Numbered from the stretch's first letter, positions 1 to 7,669 are shown. The stretch: 8,168 nucleotides of DNA from Paraspadella gotoi (GCA_051294375.1 JBJCIZ010000051.1:1-8168); one strand, 5' to 3'. The notes: generated by a model not told the origin, from the letters alone. Made by a program: numbers and translations.

Positions 1-877
1 TCAGTTTCGCGGAGAAAGCCAGTTTAAACGGCCGTGCAACCAAATTTTGATCAATGAAAATTAGTTCAAATTTCAGACTCGCGAGAAAATTTGTTCGATG
101 ATGAAGGTCGCAGGATTGAAACTGGCGTTGAGGAATACTCTTTATTTCCAACTTTTTTCTTTTTATCTTTTCAACCGTAGAGGTAATAATCACGTAGTCT
201 AAAACAGTCGAATTTATTATGAAACCGCGTTTGTTAAATGACTTTCAAATTAAATTAAGATTCTTCCATTGATTGTGACGCGCTATTTTCTGTTCGCAAG
301 TCTAAATATTAAACTTCAAAATCTTTAAAAACTATTTCTTCCATTGAAACGTTATTTCTCTCCACGTTTAAACGAGAAAATGCCGCGATCGAAGCTCTGG
401 CAAAGAAAAACTAAGCGTGAAAAGGCGTTAGTTCCTGAATTTCCGGCCGTCGTTCGGTCGTTCGCGTTTAAAAGAAAGTTTTGATGTCGAGGCTCCGGCA
501 AGAGACAATCCTCGCGTAAAATTCGCGTCAAAATTCTTCGAAAAGCGAAGGCGACGTATAGTGAGAGAGTTTAAAAAAAATAAAGGAAATCATTATTTCG
601 TCGGGACGTGGAGGCAAATACTCGATTGAGTTACAAAATAGAGAGACGTTCGCCGCGAAACACCGTCCACAAATCGAGTTGAATCAAAACTAATCCAAAA
701 ATCGTTGCTATCGCCGGCAAGAAGAAAATACTCGCAAAATTCAAAATCTTCAGGCGACAAAAGAAATGACTCTCGAAATGATGGAGAGCGACAACGTTAG
801 TAAAGTTTGTAGAATAGAGACGGTCCAGATTTAGAAATAAAATGAACAAAATAAAAGACGCAACTAACGTTAGTAGA

Positions 878-1014
878 GAATTCATTGCCCACTTCCTCTC
901 CCGTGCACTACCTACAATGAGGGCCAGCGTATATATGACGCAAATGGCGGCACTGAAGGGAAGTTAATTTTTTTCTTGTATGCTGTCCCTACATCCGACA
1001 ATCGCCAAATATAG
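878..1014 (+). mobile_element. Possible decayed 3' fragment of a non-LTR retrotransposon ORF2
   Basis: With one frameshift at about 903 it reads EFIAHFLSxCTTYNEGQRIYD...RQI*, resembling the ExxxHFLxxCxxY second half of the LINE ORF2 CCHC knuckle. The upstream Cx2C is absent. Speculative. Confidence 0.2.
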
Positions 1015-1267
1015 CGGCGAAGAGAAAATTTATATTGCGCATTCTCGTCGGTATGCAGGGTAATGAGGATTATCCTCTTACCCAATTAAACAAGAACCGA
1101 AAGCTTTACTTCCGCTCGGAAGATACGCCGTAAGGCATAGGAGATTAACATCTACACGCGCAGATGTGAGGATCTCACCCGGGGTATACCCACTTAAATC
1201 CCACTTCATTATCACTTAACATATATATAAAATATCACTCACCCCACCCCACTTAAGGTAGTAATAG

Positions 1268-1292
1268 NNNNNNNNNNNNNNNNNNNNNNNNN
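1268..1292. other. Assembly/scaffold gap (25 N)
   Basis: Run of 25 n characters. Confidence 0.99.
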
Positions 1293-1646
1293 GCAGAATT
1301 TGTCTCTTTTCTTTATGAAAAACCAAATTAAATCCGTATTAAAATTTCAGACATGTGATTGATTTTCAAGTTGATTACCTGACTTTACAAGTATGATACA
1401 TATGGTATCATACCAAATATGAACTAAATTGATGACTTATAACCAGAGTTATGAGCATAAGTAGGAAAGACATACCGACCGAAAAGTGACTTATCGAGTT
1501 ACTCCGCGAAAGAAAAAATGGGAAGTAAACATCGAAGTGAAAAACAAAGAAAATAACGCGATTAACATCAGTTGAGGTGGAGAAGTCGACATCAGAGGCA
1601 GAAGGAATTTGCCGAGGTCAAATTCGCTTCGTGTGAATTTTGAGAT

Positions 1647-1763
<117 letters not shown>

Positions 1764-2301
1764 ATGACGGCGTTAAAACGGTTAATGGATCTCAACAGAG
1801 AATTAGGTTAAACGAACTAAACTTTGTTATGATTGATGGAATTGACAAAGTAAAATCTATAGTCGGGCCTGCCGTGAGCAGATCCGACTAAAGCTTTGTG
1901 GATTATAAAATTTAAAGTTTTCGATTAAAATTAATTTTTGAAGCCAAAATTGTTGAACTAATCCAGTTTTTTCGACTTCGTCGGCGCAAGAACTCTACTT
2001 TTTTTTTCTAAAATAACTATTATTAATATTTTTTATATTAATATTTTTTCCAGCGACAAATCAATGGAAGGTTCAAACCTTTTTGGGTTTTCCTCCTCTA
2101 CTTTGACGTCCGGCCTTTGGACAAACCGAACCTCAGGTTTTCGTCTAAAGTTGAATTGAGCGAAAACGTCGATAATATTCGTGACTCGCGGACACATTTT
2201 CGATATTTGGGGTGAAAAATTGAAAAAGGCTTGTTAGAAAAAAATATTTTTAAAAATTGTTCAGTGTTCACTGATTTTCCTATCTTAACATAATGTTATA
2301 T

Positions 2302-2549
2302 TGTGGCGATATATTCACACCGCCTCACGTCCACCATCCTTCAGCCAAATCCATTGGCTCAGAGCGGGAACCACCATCCCAAGCCTAGAGTTCAATCCAC
2401 AGGCCTCTCGACTTCCTCTGCGTTGGCAAAGCGAGACCGTCCTGGGTAACCGCGTCAGTGACTGGAGGCGTCATTGAGGGTCGGAAGCCCCCAAGCCAAC
2501 AGTGAGATGCCCCAGCCCAATGGGCAACACAGGCAACCGGCTGTTGGCA
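2302..2549 (+). mobile_element. GC-rich insertion bounded by TG...CA, possible solo LTR or TE remnant
   Basis: Abrupt GC-rich block in AT-rich flanks. Starts TGTGGCGA, as does the minus-strand block starting at 7265, and ends TTGGCA. No clean target-site duplication. Confidence 0.3.
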
Positions 2550-4555
2550 TAATATAAAATTTAAATATATATAATTAACATCGTTAGTCCTTACTCCTTC
2601 CTTACGTCAAACTACAGTTATCGTTAATTTATAATCTATTTGAAACTTTTTTTTTTCCGATTGGTCTTCTATTGTAGACAAAATGTCTGTTTCCTTGACT
2701 CACGGAATTTTGAATTTTTGCTATTCTATTATTTTCAATCTTTCTTGATTTTTAAATTTTTTTTTCTTTTCTGGTTCTTTCGTTTTCTTTCTTTTCACTT
2801 TCTTTTTTTTTGGGGGGGAGGTTTCTCTTCTTTTAGCAAGATCACGAGTTTCGCGAGAGGGGGATCAGGTTTCCGAGAATTTCGGATTTTTTTATGGTCT
2901 CGCCTCGATTCGAACGTAAAGACCGTAACAAATAGTATGAATATGGGCATATTTCGAAAGCGTGGCGTCTTGGGAAGCCCTTGCCGGTGGAGCGCGAGAA
3001 AAATTCGGTCATCTTGACATAAAAAAATGAACCTAAAGTGGACTGGTTTTACGGTTTTTTTTCTTAGCTATCTTTAATTACATCGTTCTTCTAACCTATG
3101 TGGATTATTTTTTTGACCTTACACATTCTGATAGACTGGCGTCTTGGCTAACACAGGGTATCTTAATTGGTTTATAATTTTGCAAGCTTGCTTGTTTAAT
3201 TTAACAATCAAATGAACTGGTTTTTCGGCCATTTATTCGAACGTCACGCCGATAGTATTTTTTACTTTTTATTTTACATTTGGCAAGAGAGGGGTAATGT
3301 CTTTTGTTTCTGGGTGGAGCGCACGAAAGATTTTGATTTTGGTTAACATTTTATATTGGACCCGACCGAGCATAATGACTCTACCGCGAAATCCAAATCC
3401 GAAAGCCATGCCTTGCGACGAGCAACCGCGGTTTCCGAAAGAGAGGATTTTGGTGGCTCGTTTATTTTCAAACATTTTTCCCGCTGGAATTTTTGAAATG
3501 GAATATTTTTAGTTTTAATGTAATTTCGGTTATATATTTAGTATTTACAATTTTTTTAAATTATATTGTGAATAATTCGTGTTTGTTTAAAAGTTCGTCC
3601 CTAAACTGCATTGACCATCAATTTTAATGCAAATTTTTAGGACCCGCCGGTCCGTCCTAAAACGTAATTATACATTTTCTGATGTATCCAGGACCAGCCA
3701 GATATTTTAGTAACCTAATACGGAAGCTTGTTACCTTTTATGTTAAAATTTATAATTTTTTTATTATTTGTATAAATATGTTTAGACTCAGTATTAATTT
3801 TTTGGTTAAGTTTCGTTTTTACGATTTTGTTACGATTTTCTAGTAGTGAAAAATTTATTTGTGAAGTCCAGACGACCATAACTCAGATGCTCTTTTTCAT
3901 AAGAGAGATATTGACTTTCGGCTCACTGCCTATTTCTTGCAATTATTTGGCATTCGGCGTTTGGACGGGACTCTTCAGACTAATTAAACGCTTGGATATC
4001 TTCCGTACTTTAGATCATCAATCCGGTTTCTCTCCCGACGTCTTTTCCCTCTCCGCTAGGTCGAGGAGGGGGTTCTTTAAAACTTGGGCATCTACGGCCT
4101 GGAACACGTCTTCAAACTTAGGCGGGGAAAAACTCGGAATTCACGCGAGAAAGAAATTCAATAACTTTCAGATTAAAAACTCGACACGTGGATTCGCTGA
4201 TCTGCGGATAGTGTAAAAGAGCGACGGCACGCGGGATAGCGCGAGGGCAACGAGGGATATCTTATGAGCCGTGCCCGCTCGCCCAGATAATTCCGTCTTG
4301 CTTAGCAACGGATTCAAGTTGGAGTTATTACTTCGCATCCATTTTGAACACCATCCCTGTGCCAACTCCTCTCTCGGCGACTCGGCTCTCAGCGACGCAC
4401 TCGGCTCTGCACTCGTCTCTTGGTAACTCGGTTAATAATTTTGGCATTCTTAGAGATTAATACGCTCCAGAGATCTATGGGAAAACAAAGAGCAAGATTT
4501 TTCTTAATGAATTAGCGTAAAAAAAGAGGAATAAAACGGAACAGAGGAGGATATA

Positions 4556-4774
4556 AAGTTTTGATGGAATCGTGCCAGTGGAAATGAGATTAAATGGAAA
4601 AAACAAAAAAAATCTACTTCACTATTTGAACACCAATTTCTCATGAGTAGATGGGGCGACTGACATGAAATTTTGTATGTGGGTAGGAAAGTGTGTGATT
4701 AAGCTGGAAATCAAGTTTCGATGGAATCGTTTGAGTGGAAATGGAAAAAACCAAAAACCTGTTTCACTAATTGA
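4556..4774. repeat. Degenerate direct repeat, 157-bp period
   Basis: AAGTTTTGATGGAATCGTGCCAGTGGAAATG...TTCACTATTTGA (4556-4629) matches AAGTTTCGATGGAATCGTTTGAGTGGAAATG...TTCACTAATTGA (4713-4774). Confidence 0.85.
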
Positions 4775-4811
4775 TTTTTTTTTTATTAAATGTAAATGCA
4801 AGATAAGATGT

Positions 4812-4970
4812 ATTAATTGATCTAATAATTAATCAGTTAATTAATTAATTAATATATAATTAATTAATTGGTCAATCAATAAATTATTCAGTCAATCAGT
4901 TTATTTAGTTATCTATTAATTAATTATTCAATCAATCAATGTATTCATAAATTAATTAATTCTTTAATCA
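4812..4970. repeat. AT-rich low-complexity tract of TTAA/TCAA units
   Basis: Repeated TTAATTAA and TCAATCAA words. Confidence 0.75.
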
Positions 4971-4972
4971 AG

Positions 4973-5049
4973 TCAATCTTTATCGCCATTATTGTCGTCA
5001 TCGTCATCATCGTCGTCGTTTCTTTTGTCGTGGTCAGTGACGAAAAGAC
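4973..5049 (-). CDS. Candidate terminal coding exon, (G)LFVTDHDKRNDDDDDDDDNNGDKD*
   Basis: Minus-strand acceptor TGTTTGTTTTTAG| (AG at 5051-5050). It is in phase with the phase-1 donors at 5120 and 5369. Mixed GAT/GAC Asp codons, TGA at 4975-4973, AATAAA downstream at 4905-4900. Confidence 0.5.
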
Positions 5050-5120
5050 CTAAAAACAAACATTTCGGATCAAATTAATTTATTAATTAAAATATTGTTT
5101 TTTATTAATTAATTAATTAC

Positions 5121-5148
5121 CGCTAATGATCGTGGGCAGATCCGACAT
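5121..5148 (-). CDS. Candidate short coding exon A, MSDLPTIIS(G)
   Basis: CAAACA-ATG context and donor AGCG|GTAATT. A 71-nt AT-rich GT-AG intron (5050-5120) joins it in frame to 4973-5049. The frame stays open upstream to an ATG at 5241. Confidence 0.45.
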
Positions 5149-5369
5149 TGTTTGGGTAGCTTTGCTATTCGATGAAGAAAGAAACAAACCGCAAGAAACC
5201 TTAACTACTGCCGGTCGGTAGTTTGTTAAATCAAGCGGCATTAATTAATTATTTGTAATTAATTTTGTGATCGAGATTGTTGTTTTGTGATTAAGAAGCG
5301 AGACAAAGTGGAAAATAATTTTGACACGAATAAAAAAAAATTAATATATGTATCTGATCAGCTGCTTAC

Positions 5370-5397
5370 CGCTAATGACCGTGGGTAGAGACGGCAT
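5370..5397 (-). CDS. Candidate short coding exon B, MPSLPTVIS(G), paralogous to exon A
   Basis: CAAACA-ATG context and donor AGCG|GTAAGC. Segment 5366-5403 is 33/38 identical to 5117-5154. Confidence 0.45.
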
Positions 5398-5748
5398 TGT
5401 TTGCTCAAACTTTTTTTTTCATCTTTTGTTCTCTATATTTTCCATAAGCCTCACGAGCATATTAAACTCCAGTAAATATAATCCTTAAGTATTTGCCAGA
5501 GAGTTACCCTTTCCTCACCCTCCCTGTCTAGGACGGTGGTCGTCACCGGATCCGCCGCCAACTCCTTTCCTCTCCGCTACCGGATAAAAATCCTGATGGC
5601 TGATCCCAAACGAGACAGCAAAAGGGCTTGGTGTCAATCTGCCCTGTAAATAATCCTCAGTTTCTTGAATGTTTTTTTTTCCTGTTTTCTTTGATTTTGA
5701 ATATAAATTGTTTTTGCCTCTCGCTCTTTAAAAATATTTAAATATTTC

Positions 5749-5773
5749 ATTATTATTATATTATTATTATATT
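5749..5773. repeat. Imperfect (ATT)n microsatellite
   Basis: ATTATTATTATATTATTATTATATT. Confidence 0.8.
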
Positions 5774-6062
5774 GTTTTAAAACGATAGTCAGCTGCAATA
5801 GTCATAAATACAGATGGAAAACTTTACTATTCGTCTGCAACCAACTTTAGCTACCACCATTCGGTGCTTTGTTAATCCATTTGATTTTGTTTTCCCTCTA
5901 GCGTCAGTAATACAAATTTTATAATTTTATATTAAATAATAGTTTTAAATTTATGCAATGAACTTATGCAATGCAATGCCCGACTACATTTTAATTATTA
6001 TTTTTATGTTTGAGGTAGAAAAGGAAATGTTTGTTTACGTACGAGTTTCATAAAGAAGCAAA

Positions 6063-6106
6063 TTTCGAACATGTTTCAGCTTCAATGTAAGCTTTCATCA
6101 GCGCAA
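6063..6106 (-). ncRNA. Minimal type-I hammerhead ribozyme motif (minus strand)
   Basis: Minus strand reads UUGCG-CUGAUGA-A-AGCUU-acauug-AAGCU-GAAAC-AU-GUU^CGAAA. Intact core boxes, 5-bp helix II, palindromic ACAUGU helix III, weak helix I. Predicted cut between 6068 and 6067. Confidence 0.75.
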
Positions 6107-6207
6107 CAACAAATTGATTTGTGAAACAAATATTTTCAGACTTTTTCGCTATCTCTCTTTAAAATTCAAAGTCTGTGAAAATATTTGTTTCACAAATCAA
6201 TTCGTTT

Positions 6208-6247
6208 TTGCGCTGATGAAGGTTTGCAAGCCGAAACATGTACGAAA
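6208..6247 (+). ncRNA. Minimal type-I hammerhead ribozyme motif (plus strand)
   Basis: UUGCG-CUGAUGA-A-GGUU-ugca-AGCC-GAAAC-AU-GUA^CGAAA, with CTGATGA at 6213-6219 and GAAA at 6233-6236. Predicted cut after 6242. AATAAA follows at 6258-6263, then an A-rich tract. Confidence 0.78.
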
Positions 6248-6332
6248 TTTGTTTCTTAATAAAACTCGTATGTAAACAAACAAAAAAGAAAAAAAATATT
6301 GTTACGTTATATTTTTTAAACGGTTAGCAATT

Positions 6333-6407
6333 GGGTTAAGGTTGTTTAGGGATTAGGGATGGTTAAGGTTGTTTAGGGATTAGGGATGGTTAGGGTTAGT
6401 TAGGGAT
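6333..6407 (+). repeat. Telomere-like TTAGGG-rich tract with an exact 27-bp tandem duplication
   Basis: GGTTAAGGTTGTTTAGGGATTAGGGAT at 6334-6360 and 6361-6387. Six TTAGGG hexamers start at 6346, 6353, 6373, 6380, 6390 and 6400. Confidence 0.85.
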
Positions 6408-6836
6408 TTGTAATAAAAAGTTTTTTTACCCTTACCAGTGTCCTTCTTTATTTTTGCGTGACGATATTTCTATTCGCCGCTCATAAGAAGCGAAAAAAAA
6501 ACCGACCGCAAAATCTCGGTCGGCGAATGTAAAAATAAGCCATACAGATTTTAATTAATAGGCCATTAACTGGAGGATCAATCTCAAATGCCTAATGATC
6601 ATAGAATGGGAGTCAGTTGTCAGTGTCCTCACTAAATGTCAGCAATATTGTTAGTATAATATATCTTTAATTTTCTTTATCATTAAATTATAATTGAACG
6701 AACTGTAAATTTTTTTTCTGATTTTGTTTCCCTCCTTTGCCCCATATAAATTAAGTTAACTTTTCGACGACCGTAACCAGCCTCATCTACCACCGGTCAA
6801 TGGTTTGTTTGTAAATATTTTAATGTACAATTTGGC

Positions 6837-7265
6837 CTAAATTCCATTTGCGGAGGCTTCGTTGACTATGGAATCAGGTCTTTTGCTCCGGCGTTTTCTT
6901 TCGCGGAATCGTTGACTATGCGGAGTGCATCCTTGGTGTCTTGGTCTCTTGTAGCCGCGACGGCAAATCGAGGAAGACGCCGTTGTAAACCGAGGACGAC
7001 GGGGGCATTGCCGCTTTGCCGTCGGGCTGGCTGTTGTCAAGGTGAACTGCGCGAAGGCTTGCGGAACGTCGCCGCGGCTTCTGCGGCTTGGGCGGTGGAG
7101 GGCCCAGCGGCGTCAGAGCTATCACCATTTTAGGACAAATGCTTGAGCAATGAGCATGCGATCCATCATTTGCTAGGATGGGAAATATGGAGTGGCAGGG
7201 ACGTCCTTCGCGGGTAACATGGCGTGGCGAGCGGAGGCGAGGGTGGCGTTGATGTTGTCGCCACA
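6837..7265 (-). other. GC-rich block of unknown nature (TE remnant or unrecognised exon)
   Basis: Sharp GC-rich island starting TGTGGCGAC on the minus strand at 7265. Internal repeat TCGTTGACTATG at 6859 and 6909. Overlapping short ORFs have no recognisable domain. Confidence 0.35.
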
Positions 7266-7286
7266 ATAAAATATATTTTTATTATT

Positions 7287-7381
7287 TTTGGTTACAAAGT
7301 AGCAGTTTTTATTTGTATTAAACAACGAGTTTTTCACACGTTGTTTAATACAAATAAATACTCTGCTATTTTGTAACCAAA
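7287..7381. repeat. 95-bp near-perfect hairpin (MITE-like palindrome)
   Basis: Perfect 20-bp inner stem 7308-7327/7339-7358 with an 11-nt loop. Outer stem TTTGGTTACAAAGTAGCAG/CTGCTATTTTGTAACCAAA has one G-T pair. Confidence 0.92.
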
Positions 7382-7418
7382 TCTCACATAACAAGGAAAT
7401 GAAAGGAAAAGATAAAAT

Positions 7419-7662
7419 TGTGGCAGCAACAACACGCGACCTTACCAGATCAAGAACCATAGCCGAAAACTATCCTTCTCACTCAATCGCTGACCGGTCA
7501 CCACGGTCATTAGTGACTCTCTCCCGGCTGTCCTCAGCCGGTTCCTTGTAAAGTTATTGTTACTGTTTTAGACTTAGCATTTTCTCTTGTTGATTTTTGT
7601 ATTTGTTGTTGGAGAATAAATTCATTCTCGATCTGAAACTCGTCCCGTTTACTTGACACACA
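7419..7662 (+). mobile_element. Solo-LTR-like segment, 244 bp
   Basis: Termini TGTG...CACA, with AATAAA at 7615-7620 about 40 nt before the end. No target-site duplication is seen (AAAT vs ATCA). Confidence 0.4.
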
Positions 7663-7669
7663 ATCATTT

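Larger units (their letters stand above)
6028..6282. mobile_element. Foldback element with about 115-bp inverted arms, probably inverted Penelope-like pseudo-LTR copies
   Basis: Arm 6028-6144 is the reverse complement of arm 6168-6282, with a 23-nt spacer. Outside ribozyme helix II the arms differ by 7 substitutions and one 2-nt indel. Each arm has a hammerhead core. The inverted repeat is certain; the Penelope-like origin is inferred. Confidence 0.8.

Noticed and set aside
631-885. 84-aa hydrophobic ORF (minus strand)
   Set aside because: Hydrophobicity reflects the T-rich strand composition. No recognisable family or splice support.
1391-1413. 9-bp inverted repeat GTATGATAC-N5-GTATCATAC
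   Set aside because: Real but isolated, with no context to assign a function.
2377-2497. CCCAAGCC words resembling twister L4
   Set aside because: The flanks cannot form the P4 stem.
2640-3017. 125-aa Phe-rich ORF
   Set aside because: Produced by poly-T low-complexity sequence, TTG start, no domain.
3269-4365. ORFs 3269-3475, 3297-3512, 3827-4216 and 4168-4365, and the minus-strand fragment PPKFEDVFQAVDAQVLKNPSST*
   Set aside because: Short, overlapping on opposite strands, with no recognisable homology and no convincing splice acceptor for the fragment.
5199-5229. Twister-ribozyme-like start CCTTAACTACTGCCGGTC
   Set aside because: Lacks the following CCCAAGC loop and pseudoknot partners. 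It is a simple AACTACTG/CGGTAGTT hairpin.
5117-5403. 38-bp repeat pair as a CRISPR array
   Set aside because: Only two copies, 249 bp apart, no cas genes, eukaryotic context.
6837-7460. Four overlapping ORFs in the GC-rich block
   Set aside because: Expected from stop-codon scarcity in GC-rich DNA. No motif recognised, and one runs through the hairpin.
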